From contig JAZLBK010000032.1 of the NCBI GenBank assembly GCA_045613665.1, forward strand, positions 1 through 38,586: DNA of 38,586 bases, given 5' to 3'. Under the pieces are notes generated by a model. It did no database searches, was not told the origin of the DNA, and worked only from the letters and a program-made list of their open reading frames with translations. Source of the DNA: Christensenellaceae bacterium. GTDB taxonomy: Bacteria; Bacillota; Clostridia; Christensenellales; Borkfalkiaceae. The position numbers and the translations under genes were made by a program. Of the stretch, positions 26,465 through 35,896 are shown piece after piece (position 1 is the first letter of the stretch; every line of letters starts with the position of its first letter).

Positions 26465-26590
26465 ATTTAAGGCGTTAGTTACAAGCAAGACAAGGCTCGC
26501 AAGGTCTTGCGGACAGCACTAACCTTTTTGGTTGTGATGGTCGTAAGACCGTAGCAGTAACGAAGTATAATGCCCGAAATAACGACTTAA
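26465..26590. repeat. Structured intergenic repeat, unit A (subfamily 1, full length ~126 nt)
   Basis: The first ~92 nt are identical to unit B except for a 1-nt T indel in a loop. The termini TTTAAGGCGTTA / TAACGACTTAAA are inverted repeats. Confidence 0.85.
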
Positions 26591-26593
26591 AAA

Positions 26594-27979
26594 TTAGATT
26601 TCAACGACAGAAAAAGAATTTTTAACTACAAGCCTTCCTTCTTTAAGGTCTTTAATTTCGCCAGCGGATATAATTTGAGTTAAAAGGTTTCCAACTGCCG
26701 TGCCTTCGGTAGGCCCTGCTAAAACGCGTTTACCCGTGTACTCTTTGGTAAGTTTATTAAGGTATTCGTCCTTACTACCACCGCCTACTATATTTAACAC
26801 GTCAAACGACTTGTTAGTAACTTCTTCGGTTGCTTTAATAGTTTTTGTGTAGATAGTTGCTAAACTTCTATAAATAACGTCCATAATCTCGCCAACGGTA
26901 GACGGAACTTTTAAACCGTATTCAGCACAGTAGCCCTTAATAGCGTCAATCATTGATTCGGGGGCTAAGAACCTATTGTCGTTAAGGTCGATAATAGAAC
27001 CCGTGGACGTGCAGTCAATCGCTAATTTCATAAGTTCGTCATAACTATACTTGCCACCAAGTTCCTTTTTAACGCTTTGAATTGCCCACATACCCGTAAT
27101 GTTTCTTAAAAACCTTATAGTTCCACCGTAACCACCTTCGTTGGTTGCGTTGAACTTGAACGCCTTGTCGTTAGTAATAGGCGCGTCAAGTTCCGTACCA
27201 AGCAACGACCACGTTCCGCTTGAAATGTATAGCGGACAGCCTTTGATTGCAGGAACTGCCATAACGGCGCTTGCCGTATCGTGAGATGCCGGGAATACGA
27301 CTTTGGTGTTAAACCCTACTTCTTCTTGAATTTCTTTTCTAAGGTCGCCAAGGACTTCACCAGGTTTATAAATTTTGCCGAAGATTTCACGCGGGTAACC
27401 AAGTTTATCTATTATTTCAAAGGACCAGTTGCCCGTTTTTGCGTCTAACAAACCGCTTGTTGACGCGTGCGTATACTCGTTCTTTTTAACACCGCTAAGT
27501 AAAAAATGCAAGTAATCTGGGATTGAAAGCATAGTTTTTGCCTTTTGTAATTTTCCGCTTAACTTGTCTGCATAAAGTTGATAAACGGTGTTATATTGAG
27601 CCCTTTGTATACCCGTTATTTTATAACTTTCTTCAAAGGGAATAATTTTTTCAACTTCTATAAGGGCGTTTTCGGTTCTCGCGTCACGATAGGAAATAAC
27701 GTCGCCAATTAAACGATCGTTCTCATCTAAAAGCGCGTAGTCTACACCCCAAGTGTCAATAGCCACAGAATAAGGTATTATTCCTAAGTTTTTACACTCT
27801 TTAATGCCGTTTACTATGTTTTTAAAAAGCGCGTCAACATCCCAAACAAGATAGTCGCCTTTTTTTATCGCACCGTTAGAAAAACGGTAAATTTCTTTAA
27901 GGGTAAGTTTACCGTTTTCATAATTACCTAAAATATGCCTACCGCTTGACGCACCTATATCAACTGCTAAATAATACAT
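26594..27979 (-). CDS. rhaB: Rhamnulokinase-like FGGY sugar kinase
   Basis: AVDIGASSGRHILG, IDTWGVDYALLD and YRDARTE resemble RhaB. The start is set at the ATG at 27979 behind AAGGAG (461 aa). No rhaA or rhaD is nearby. Confidence 0.7.
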   Translation of the reverse strand: MYYLAVDIGASSGRHILGNYENGKLTLKEIYRFSNGAIKKGDYLVWDVDALFKNIVNGIKECKNLGIIPYSVAIDTWGVDYALLDENDRLIGDVISYRDARTENALIEVEKIIPFEESYKITGIQRAQYNTVYQLYADKLSGKLQKAKTMLSIPDYLHFLLSGVKKNEYTHASTSGLLDAKTGNWSFEIIDKLGYPREIFGKIYKPGEVLGDLRKEIQEEVGFNTKVVFPASHDTASAVMAVPAIKGCPLYISSGTWSLLGTELDAPITNDKAFKFNATNEGGYGGTIRFLRNITGMWAIQSVKKELGGKYSYDELMKLAIDCTSTGSIIDLNDNRFLAPESMIDAIKGYCAEYGLKVPSTVGEIMDVIYRSLATIYTKTIKATEEVTNKSFDVLNIVGGGSKDEYLNKLTKEYTGKRVLAGPTEGTAVGNLLTQIISAGEIKDLKEGRLVVKNSFSVVEI

Positions 27980-28013
27980 CTTTAACTCCTTTTCTATATA
28001 TAATAATAGTATA

Positions 28014-28760
28014 TCATTTTTTATCGCTACTTTCAAGCGGTTTTTTAATAAGGTTGTGGCGTTTATCGTCTACAAGCGCGTTAAAAACGTTGTCTTTGAG
28101 CAAGGGGTATTTTACGGCAAGTTCTTTAATAGTTTTTTTAACTTCTTCGCGCTGAGTAAACTTGTCCACCGGGCAGGGATTTTTTAAGATAGGTTTATCT
28201 TTTGAAAAGGATACGATTTCGTGTTCTTTAACGTAAAGTAGCGGTCTTATTACCGTTAAATCGGCTTTTGAAAGATAAGTTACCGGTTGAAAAGTTGATA
28301 GCCTGCCTTCGTATATCATTGAAAGAAAGAAAGTTTCAATTAAATCGTCGCCGTGATGACCGAGCGCAACTTTGTTACAGCCTAAGTTTTTAGCCGTAGA
28401 ATTAAGCGCGCCACGGCGCATATTCGCGCATAAGGAACAAGGGTTTTTTTCCTTTCTTTCTTCAAACACCACTTGGTAAATTTGAGTTTTTTCAACGTGA
28501 TAAGTAACGTTTATAGTTGCAAGGTAATCGGCAAGGGCTTTTTCTTCTTGCTCGTTATAGCCAATACCCGTATCAATTCTAATTGCTACGATATCAAACT
28601 TTTCAGGATAAAACCGTCGTAGCCCTGCAAGTGCGGAAAGAAGGGCAATACTATCTTTTCCACCAGATAAGCCAACCGCGATTTTATCGCCAGCCTTTAT
28701 CATATTAAAATCGCTAACTGCTCGCCTTACGGGCGACATTAGTTGTTGTAAAGTTAACAT
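28014..28760 (-). CDS. ttcA: PP-loop ATPase, tRNA 2-thiocytidine synthase TtcA-like
   Basis: It has the PP-loop GLSGGKDS and CSLCANMRRG. The start is set at the ATG at 28760 (248 aa), because the ORF-track N-terminal 63 aa overlap the divergent gene. Confidence 0.75.
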   Translation of the reverse strand: MLTLQQLMSPVRRAVSDFNMIKAGDKIAVGLSGGKDSIALLSALAGLRRFYPEKFDIVAIRIDTGIGYNEQEEKALADYLATINVTYHVEKTQIYQVVFEERKEKNPCSLCANMRRGALNSTAKNLGCNKVALGHHGDDLIETFFLSMIYEGRLSTFQPVTYLSKADLTVIRPLLYVKEHEIVSFSKDKPILKNPCPVDKFTQREEVKKTIKELAVKYPLLKDNVFNALVDDKRHNLIKKPLESSDKK

Positions 28761-28833
28761 ATTTACCTCTTGACTACCGTATACGATTATGATAAAATAA
28801 ATCAGTAATAAAATCAACACTTTTAGGAGAGTT

Positions 28834-29448
28834 ATGGGCGAAATATTACTAAATTTTTTCAAAAGCGTAACTGATAATAGCGAACTTATAACGCTACTTG
28901 TATCAATGTTTCCGCTTATAGAACTTAAAGGCGCAATCCCGATAGGCACGGGGCTTGGGCTTGAACTAATAACCTCCGCGCTACTTGCTTATTCGGGCTC
29001 GTCACTTATAGTTATTCCTATATTTTTCTTGCTTATTCCTATATTTAATCTACTTAAAAAAATTAAGTTCGTTAAAAAAATTATTCTTAAAATTGAAAGT
29101 GTGTTTGAAGATAAAGCCAAAAAGGTTTCTAAAAACGCCACCGATAAACCCGAAACGCAAGTTAAAAAGTTTTTAATGCTCGCACTTTTTATCTTCGTTG
29201 CCGTACCCTTTCCCGTAACTGGGGTGTGGACGGGGACTGCTATCGCCGTATTTTTGAATATGAAATTTAGCGATGCGTTTTTACCTATAATTTTAGGCAA
29301 CTTAGTTGCTGGAATTATTATTACTATAATTACTTTTTTCTTTCAAGCGTACGTGGATATTATTATAACGATACTTTTAATTATTGCAATTATAATGCTT
29401 ACTATCTTTATCGTTAAACTTATAAAAAGCAAACCTAAAACAAACTAA
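28834..29448 (+). CDS. Small multidrug-export-like membrane protein (COG2426 family)
   Basis: 204 aa. The N-terminus LLVSMFPLIELKGAIPIG and the later PFPVTGVWTG are typical of the family, as I recall it. Confidence 0.65.
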   Translation: MGEILLNFFKSVTDNSELITLLVSMFPLIELKGAIPIGTGLGLELITSALLAYSGSSLIVIPIFFLLIPIFNLLKKIKFVKKIILKIESVFEDKAKKVSKNATDKPETQVKKFLMLALFIFVAVPFPVTGVWTGTAIAVFLNMKFSDAFLPIILGNLVAGIIITIITFFFQAYVDIIITILLIIAIIMLTIFIVKLIKSKPKTN

Positions 29449-29453
29449 TAAAA

Positions 29454-29488
29454 TAAAAAAGGCTAACGGTTCGTTAGCCTTATTTTTT
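29454..29488. terminator. Bidirectional hairpin terminator
   Basis: aggctaacg (29460-29468) / cgttagcct (29472-29480), flanked by A6 and a T-rich run. Confidence 0.75.
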
Positions 29489-30665
29489 ATTCTTGGGTTG
29501 CTTTACCAAAAACCTCGTTATTAAATTTAATTTCAGTAACTCCGTCAGCCTTGTAAATTTTTACAATCTCATTGTCAACTCCATTGAAAGCACTTGCTCT
29601 TACAACGGCACCGTCGTTTTTAATTATTACCTTTGAAAGTTCCGTACAACCTGCAAAAGCACCACTTTTAATTTCAGTTATATTAGAGCCTAAAACTACG
29701 TATTTAAGCATTGCGCAACCGTTAAACGCATTTGCACCGAGATAAGTTACCGCGTCAGGTAATGTTACAGTAAGTTTATCTTCATCAGTTACAACGAAAT
29801 TATAACCAAGGCGTGAACATCCTGAAAAAGCCCCGTCGCCTATATGTTTTAATACTGCGGTAGCAGATAAGTTAACGTCTTGAAGAGAAGTGCAGTTTTC
29901 AAAGCCACCGTCGTAAATGTATTCAATTTTAGAAAGGTCTGCCGTCAACAACATTGAACAGCCTGAGAAAGCGCATTTGCCGATTTCAGTAGCGTTGGGA
30001 TAAGAAATTTCTTCAAGCATAGTAAAGCCGTAGAAAGCACATTCGGGAATTTCGGTTACCGTTGTGCTTACTTTTTTAAGCGACGACGGAACGATAAAAC
30101 TAAAATCAGCCTCTTCCGCTTCGCAGTAAACTTTTGCGGAAACGGTGGTGTTTTTATCACTTGTTGACGCAGAGCCGAATAAATGACCTAAAACCCTTTC
30201 TTCGCCGATAGCGTCAGCCGACGCCCCTATAAACGGTAAATTTTTAATTTCTTCAAGCGAAGTACAGCCTGAGAAAGCACCTACGCCTATCGTTTTAATT
30301 TGACTGCCGTCAAAATCAACGCTGGTTAAAATAACTTGGTCCGAAAACGCCATGCTTGAAATTTCTTCAACTGGAAGATTTTTATAGGTTGCAGGAATTT
30401 TGATTTTACGTTGCGCGTCAGTAAACGACGAGAAATCACCCTCAGCCATTTTGAGCGAATCTTCACTCGTAACGGTGTATCCGGTAATTTTATAATACTC
30501 GTATTCTTCGCCCTCGTCGTTTTCGCCCGTTTCAAGTTCGTAAACGAATTCGCCGGTAACGGTAGCCCCGTCACCATCGCCACCATCGTTATCACAAGCG
30601 ATTAAAGCGGTTGAAAGCAATAGCGCAAGTATTACGGTAGTTAAGGTTTTTAGTAGTTTAGACAT
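29487..30665 (-). CDS. Surface lipoprotein with BspA-type leucine-rich repeats
   Basis: 392 aa with lipobox LSTALIAC and repeated AF(S/N/Y)GC(S/T/A)xLxxI units. Confidence 0.8.
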   Translation of the reverse strand: MSKLLKTLTTVILALLLSTALIACDNDGGDGDGATVTGEFVYELETGENDEGEEYEYYKITGYTVTSEDSLKMAEGDFSSFTDAQRKIKIPATYKNLPVEEISSMAFSDQVILTSVDFDGSQIKTIGVGAFSGCTSLEEIKNLPFIGASADAIGEERVLGHLFGSASTSDKNTTVSAKVYCEAEEADFSFIVPSSLKKVSTTVTEIPECAFYGFTMLEEISYPNATEIGKCAFSGCSMLLTADLSKIEYIYDGGFENCTSLQDVNLSATAVLKHIGDGAFSGCSRLGYNFVVTDEDKLTVTLPDAVTYLGANAFNGCAMLKYVVLGSNITEIKSGAFAGCTELSKVIIKNDGAVVRASAFNGVDNEIVKIYKADGVTEIKFNNEVFGKATQE

Positions 30666-30776
30666 TAAAAAGACTCCTTAAATTATGTAAACCCGTCCAA
30701 AAAAGGACATTTTTTTAATTTTATCATTATAATGCCTTATTGTCAATGTTTTTATAAATTAATTTATAAAATTACC

Positions 30777-32228
30777 TTATCCCGCTTTTTTTACAACCGC
30801 CTCCCCTTTAACGTAAGAATTAAAGGTGTTTCGAGCAGTTTTTGAAGTTTTTTCAAGTGATTTACAAAAATCCTTAGCGGTAACGTTTTTATATGAGTTA
30901 GTTTTTATAAAGTTTTTCATTAACTTATAAAACTTGCTCTCGCCAAGCGTTTTTAGTATTTCGTAAAACATAATTTGCGAACGATTATACGCTATCATAA
31001 CGTATTCCGCCTCGCTTGAAAAATCTTTAAGATTTCTCTCCATTACGGGCGGTAAGGTATTGCCTGAGTATGCAAGCGCTTCTTTTATCGATAGGTAAGA
31101 CGAAATAGTTTGGTTTATATAGTTTTCTATTTTAGTTCCCGAATATTTGCTTAAAAAAAGTGCCGTAGATAGTTCTGTAAGCCCTTCGTCAAAATACCCT
31201 ATTTCGTTTTGATTTACGCCAAGTATACCGTAAAACCATTGATGAGCCGTTTCGTGTACCACTACGTAATCGCGATAGTCGTTATCTATTTCGTTAGAAA
31301 TTAAACTTAAACAGGGATATTCCATACCGCCGTATAAAAAATCGCCTTCGGCAACCACGTATTCGGCGTAGGGATATTTTAAGTATTTATCGCTAAAAAA
31401 ACTGAGTGCGCTACACGCCGTTTCAATGGTTTTTTCGGGGTTTTTATCGTCAAAATAATAGTATTTAACAGTGGTATCTCCACACGGTTTTTCTATGATT
31501 TTATATTTCTTGGATAAGATGAAAGCCACGTCTCTAACGCAGTTTCTTTGATATAAATATTCGGTGTTTCCGCCCGACCACTCGGTAGATATAGGGGATA
31601 GGGAACTTGCAACCGAATACTCCGACGGAAGGGTTAAACTTACTTTATAATCGCTACACTCGGTATAAAACGGGTCGCCCGACGGATAATACACGCTTTT
31701 ATAAAACTCGCCGTTTTCATACACGCACGCTACGGGGTAAAAATTAGTTAGATTTACCGTGTTGTCAGCATAGCCCGTTCGGTGTTTTACGTTTGGTAGC
31801 ACCACCGAAAATTCCATATAAACTTCCACCCTTTCGCCACTTTCTACCCTTTTATCAAATCCAACTACAAGTGTGTTTTGGTTTATACCCGTCGTTTGAA
31901 ATTCCATTTCTTTTCCAAAGGTTTTTACGCTTTTAACGTCAATTTGTCCGTAACTTTTTCCGTTTGGGTATGCTCTTAACTCATCGCTACTATACACGGG
32001 GGAAATTTCAGCCGTTTGCGAAAAGGCGTTAGGATAAAGTGAAAAATATACCGCGGTTAAGTTTGAAGGGGAATAAAAGGTGTACGTCATTTTGCCTTCA
32101 ACCGTCATATCTTCGTATAACGTAAGGTTGATATCGTATTGCGCCATACCGTTTTGACTTTCGTTTTTACAACCAAATAACGATAACGAAAACGCAATAG
32201 TAAGTGTTAAAACAATAAATTTTTTCAT
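30777..32228 (-). CDS. M1-family zinc metallopeptidase-like lipoprotein
   Basis: It has lipobox SLSLFGC, a GGMEYP (GxMEN-like) exopeptidase motif and the zinc site HETAHQWFYG. The start is set at the ATG at 32228. Confidence 0.8.
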   Translation of the reverse strand: MKKFIVLTLTIAFSLSLFGCKNESQNGMAQYDINLTLYEDMTVEGKMTYTFYSPSNLTAVYFSLYPNAFSQTAEISPVYSSDELRAYPNGKSYGQIDVKSVKTFGKEMEFQTTGINQNTLVVGFDKRVESGERVEVYMEFSVVLPNVKHRTGYADNTVNLTNFYPVACVYENGEFYKSVYYPSGDPFYTECSDYKVSLTLPSEYSVASSLSPISTEWSGGNTEYLYQRNCVRDVAFILSKKYKIIEKPCGDTTVKYYYFDDKNPEKTIETACSALSFFSDKYLKYPYAEYVVAEGDFLYGGMEYPCLSLISNEIDNDYRDYVVVHETAHQWFYGILGVNQNEIGYFDEGLTELSTALFLSKYSGTKIENYINQTISSYLSIKEALAYSGNTLPPVMERNLKDFSSEAEYVMIAYNRSQIMFYEILKTLGESKFYKLMKNFIKTNSYKNVTAKDFCKSLEKTSKTARNTFNSYVKGEAVVKKAG

Positions 32229-32272
32229 TAAAAAAGCCCTCAAAATATTGTACTTTAAGGGCTTTAATTTTA

Positions 32273-32956
32273 TTACTTACCTTCGCCGATAAGATATTTG
32301 TTAGGGTCTACTTTTTCACCGTTTTCCCAAACTTCAAAGTGAAGGTGAGCACCGTCTAAATGTTCGGTTTTGTTGTTTGTAGAAACAGTTCCTAAAACTT
32401 CACCTTTATAAACGGTTGCGCCTTGTTGCAAACTGTCGAGCACCTCGATAGAGTTGTAAACGGATTTTAAGCCGTTGCCGTGATTTATAGTAACGCTTGT
32501 TCCGTTCACTTTTGAAATTTCAACGCTTTCGATAACGCCGTCGTACACGCATACTACCTGCGCTCCCTCTTCTGCGCCAAAGTCAATGGCTTTGTGCCCG
32601 CTATATAAACCTAACGTTTGATTGTACACCACGCTTGCGCCAACGTAATCTTTAATTACGCTACCGCCCGATACCGGCATATCGAAAATTATTACGCTAA
32701 CGGTGGGCTGGTTTTCGTCACCCGTTTGGTCTTTGTTGTCGCCCTCGTCTTCGCTTGGCTTATTAGTTTCGTCGTTTGGGGTTTGAGTGCCCTCGTCAAC
32801 GATTTGGTCGTTTCCGCCCGTTTGGATAGAATTGTCCGTACTGCCCAAGGTAACTAACGCAACCGTAATTACCGCAAGAACCGCAATACATAATACGAAA
32901 GCCAAGTAGTAGGCGTTTCTTCTAATAAAATCTGTAACTTTTGAATTTTTTGACAT
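32273..32956 (-). CDS. M23 (LytM-type) peptidoglycan endopeptidase, membrane anchored
   Basis: 227 aa with an N-terminal TM segment, a low-complexity linker, then HKAIDF ... NGLKSVYNS ... GAHLHFEV. Confidence 0.85.
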   Translation of the reverse strand: MSKNSKVTDFIRRNAYYLAFVLCIAVLAVITVALVTLGSTDNSIQTGGNDQIVDEGTQTPNDETNKPSEDEGDNKDQTGDENQPTVSVIIFDMPVSGGSVIKDYVGASVVYNQTLGLYSGHKAIDFGAEEGAQVVCVYDGVIESVEISKVNGTSVTINHGNGLKSVYNSIEVLDSLQQGATVYKGEVLGTVSTNNKTEHLDGAHLHFEVWENGEKVDPNKYLIGEGK

Positions 32957-32977
32957 AATATACCTCCGTTTATGTAC

Positions 32978-33364
32978 TTAATATCCGTAATAAATAATAG
33001 GGCTACCAACCGTAATTTTATCGCCTTTAACCGCAACGTGAAAATTAACCTTTTTGCCGTTTATAACTTCACATTTAGGTAGTTTTTCGCTAAAAAAGTA
33101 ATAGTTTTTGACTTCGCCGTCAGTAAAATAATGAACTTCTTTTGCGCTTAGCAGGTTTATCGTTTCACTAACGCTACAATTTGAAAGGGAGTATGAAATC
33201 CCGTCTAAACTAAATAGGTTTTCAACGGTTAAGTCTATTTTTTGTATAAAAACGCCACTCGACTTACCGTTTGACGAAAAAACTGCTTGGTCTATATTTA
33301 CAAACGGCAAACACATTACTGATAGTGCAATAAATGAAATTATTGAAGTTAAACTTTTAACCAT
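32978..33364 (-). CDS. Hypothetical secreted protein (128 aa)
   Basis: It has a signal-like N-terminus and the RBS GGTGGGAA. No motif is recognised. Confidence 0.45.
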   Translation of the reverse strand: MVKSLTSIISFIALSVMCLPFVNIDQAVFSSNGKSSGVFIQKIDLTVENLFSLDGISYSLSNCSVSETINLLSAKEVHYFTDGEVKNYYFFSEKLPKCEVINGKKVNFHVAVKGDKITVGSPIIYYGY

Positions 33365-33427
33365 AAAAAAATTCCCACCGCCTTAGCAGTAGGAATTATT
33401 GACTTATATTTTTGCTTTTATACAATA

Positions 33428-34240
33428 TTAAAAATAATTTTTTACGTCGTTAAAAGTTTCAAGAACAAAATCGGGTTGTTTTTCAGCCGAAGGAATCATT
33501 TCTTCGGTGGTTTCTCCGCTTAAAACGAGCATAGTTGGGAAATTGCAGTTTTTACCGAAAGCAATATCGGTGTAAAGCCTATCGCCAACCATCATAAACG
33601 CGTCGTCACAACTTTCGTTAAACCTTGCTTTTAGATTTTTACCCATAACGTTATTAGGTTTACCGATTATAAGCGACGGGGTAAAGTTAACCGCAGTTTG
33701 TATCATTTTGATAAACGAGCCTGCGTCTGGAAGGTACACGTCTTCTGCTGGGCAGTTAACGTCGGGGTGGGTTGCTATATAGATAGCGCCAAAGTGTACG
33801 GCGCGAACGAATTTGCAAAGTTTTTCATAGTTAAGTTCGGTATCGTATGATAAAACGGCTATATCCGCCCTATCTCCGTCAACTAAATTGATACCGCCGT
33901 TTATCATTTCTTGTTTATAAGACTCGGTTCCCAAAAGATATACCGATTGACCTTTATAATAGCGGTTGAGATATTCTATCGTTGCAACTCCGGAAGAGTA
34001 AACCAAGTCCCCTTCTTCGTAAAAGCCTATTTTTTTAAGTTTTTCAACGTAGGTGTGTGCGCCTTTTGAAGAATTGTTAGTAAGATATATTAGTTTTTTG
34101 CCTTGTTCCCTTAAAAATTTAAGGGTGTTTTTCATATCGCCTATGGGCTTGTTTTCAAGATATAAAGTTCCGTCTAAATCCAAAAGAAAATATTTGGTTT
34201 TTTGTAAAGTTGATTTTAAGGTAACGTCTAATTTGCGCAT
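33428..34240 (-). CDS. HAD-IIA family sugar phosphatase (NagD/AraL-like)
   Basis: 270 aa with motif I LLDLDGTLY and motif IV GDRLYTDI. Confidence 0.8.
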   Translation of the reverse strand: MRKLDVTLKSTLQKTKYFLLDLDGTLYLENKPIGDMKNTLKFLREQGKKLIYLTNNSSKGAHTYVEKLKKIGFYEEGDLVYSSGVATIEYLNRYYKGQSVYLLGTESYKQEMINGGINLVDGDRADIAVLSYDTELNYEKLCKFVRAVHFGAIYIATHPDVNCPAEDVYLPDAGSFIKMIQTAVNFTPSLIIGKPNNVMGKNLKARFNESCDDAFMMVGDRLYTDIAFGKNCNFPTMLVLSGETTEEMIPSAEKQPDFVLETFNDVKNYF

Positions 34241-35445
34241 TTTAGTATCCCCGCGTCACGACAAAGTGTTAAAACTGACGTTTTATCCGTCAAATAGCCA
34301 CCGAGCGTTACTGCATTTTTTATTTGTTTATACGATATGGTTTTTTGTTTAGAATTATTTATTTGATTATATATTTTTATTACGTTTGGTAAAACCGCTA
34401 ATATTAGGGAAGTTTCCTTCTTGAAGTCGTTGCGAGTTTTTTCCATTAAAAGATTTATGAGTTTTCGCCTTTTTTCACTTGGTATTTTTAAGTTTTTATA
34501 AAAGTGAGCGCGCTCGTAACCAGCGCTTTGTTCGAGCGCTACAAGGTCACCTTCGTAATCGGGAACGGACAAAAGGTTAGAAAAATCGTTTGAAAAGTAC
34601 ATATGGTATATCTTTGCCGTTTTTTCAAAAGCAATTAAGGTTTTATCCCCGCCACTTAAACCGCTACCGAAAACTGAAAGGCAATTTTTTATAACGTCTA
34701 CACCGCTACCTGTAAAGGGGGAGTTAAAGTTAACCGCTAACAGTAGTAGTTCTGCGCCTAAGATTGCCGATTTGTAATTTTCATAACTTGATATTTTTGC
34801 AAGCGTGTTAATTGCTTTTTTAGTTAAAGAAAAAACTTCGCCGTCAACTTGATTTCCCGATAAAAAACAATCGATTTTATAGTCGATAAGCGCAGTTAGT
34901 TTGCTCATAACCGAAACGTAGGATTTACTAAACTCGGAACTTTCTGCTTTTAATATAATATTTTCGTCTATAAAAATATGTTTAAAGGAATTAGCAGGTA
35001 TTGTTGCAGGCAACCCATCCGTTTTAAGATAAACGCTTGATTGAGTTAAGTTTTCTATATACGGCGTTGTAGGTACGGCGTAACAAGGAACGCCGTTAAG
35101 CGAAGAATAATAGCGCATAGTAGATAGTAAATTTTTATCGCCGAAAGCAAAAACCGCGTTTATTTGATTTGAAAAAGATTTTCTAACGGCTGTATAATGA
35201 AAGTCCTTTTCTTCAATTAAAAGCAAGGTGGTTTCAATGCCTTTGCCCCTTAGCGCGTCCATAACCAGCGAGCCTATTTTAGAAAAGTCACTCTCCGTCA
35301 TAACGACTTCAACTTTTTTGTTGGAAAGTTCGTTTTTGATTTTAGAAAAAGTATCTAAAAAACTACCCACGCTAATTTGATTAGCGCAAGAATTTTTTAG
35401 GATAGACAAATTAACTTCTAAACTCAAATTGAAAATTTCTTTCAT
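34228..35445 (-). CDS. DHQS-like / glycerol-1-phosphate dehydrogenase (AraM)-like protein with degenerate motifs
   Basis: 405 aa. The segment AFGDKNLLSTMRYYSSLNGVPCYAVPTTP parallels the GxGxxxDxxK...P..xxPT(T/A) core of the iron-ADH/G1PDH fold. It overlaps the downstream HAD gene by 13 nt. Confidence 0.5.
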   Translation of the reverse strand: MKEIFNLSLEVNLSILKNSCANQISVGSFLDTFSKIKNELSNKKVEVVMTESDFSKIGSLVMDALRGKGIETTLLLIEEKDFHYTAVRKSFSNQINAVFAFGDKNLLSTMRYYSSLNGVPCYAVPTTPYIENLTQSSVYLKTDGLPATIPANSFKHIFIDENIILKAESSEFSKSYVSVMSKLTALIDYKIDCFLSGNQVDGEVFSLTKKAINTLAKISSYENYKSAILGAELLLLAVNFNSPFTGSGVDVIKNCLSVFGSGLSGGDKTLIAFEKTAKIYHMYFSNDFSNLLSVPDYEGDLVALEQSAGYERAHFYKNLKIPSEKRRKLINLLMEKTRNDFKKETSLILAVLPNVIKIYNQINNSKQKTISYKQIKNAVTLGGYLTDKTSVLTLCRDAGILKCAN

Positions 35446-35506
35446 AAGAATATTTTAATAAAAATCAACTAGAATGTCAACCATAATAAAAAATTTATAA
35501 AACCCC

Positions 35507-35534
35507 TTGAAATTATGTAAAAATATGCTATAAT
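35507..35534 (+). promoter_or_regulatory. Putative sigma-A promoter of hup
   Basis: TTGAAA (35507-35512), 16-nt spacer, TATAAT (35529-35534). Confidence 0.5.
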
Positions 35535-35577
35535 TGATATATAATGTGCTCAAAAAGCACAAATAAGGGGGATTTTT

Positions 35578-35853
35578 ATGAACAAAAGCGAATTTACAAG
35601 AGCGTATGCCGATAGGCTCGGCGTAACCATTAAGGAGGCGGAAGTTTTAGTTGCAACTTTTATTGAAACTATTACCGAATGCTTACAAAATGGCGAGTAC
35701 GTACACATCTCAGGCTTTGCAACCTTTGACCTTAAAGACAAAAATGCTAGAGAAGGCGTGAATCCTGCAACCAAAGAAAAAGTTGTTATTCCCGCATGCA
35801 AAGCGCCAAATGCGAAATTCAGCAAGTCTTATAAAGCATTATTCAATAAATAA
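35578..35853 (+). CDS. hup: DNA-binding protein HU
   Basis: 91 aa beginning MNKSEF, with the arm region GFATFDLKDKNAREGVNPATKEKVVIPA. RBS AAGGGGGA. Confidence 0.93.
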   Translation: MNKSEFTRAYADRLGVTIKEAEVLVATFIETITECLQNGEYVHISGFATFDLKDKNAREGVNPATKEKVVIPACKAPNAKFSKSYKALFNK

Positions 35854-35864
35854 ATTCGCAAATT

Positions 35865-35896
35865 AAAAAGAACGGCTTAACCGCCGTTCTTTTTTT
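35865..35896 (+). terminator. Rho-independent terminator of hup
   Basis: gaacggc (35870-35876) / gccgttc (35883-35889) followed by T7. Confidence 0.8.
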
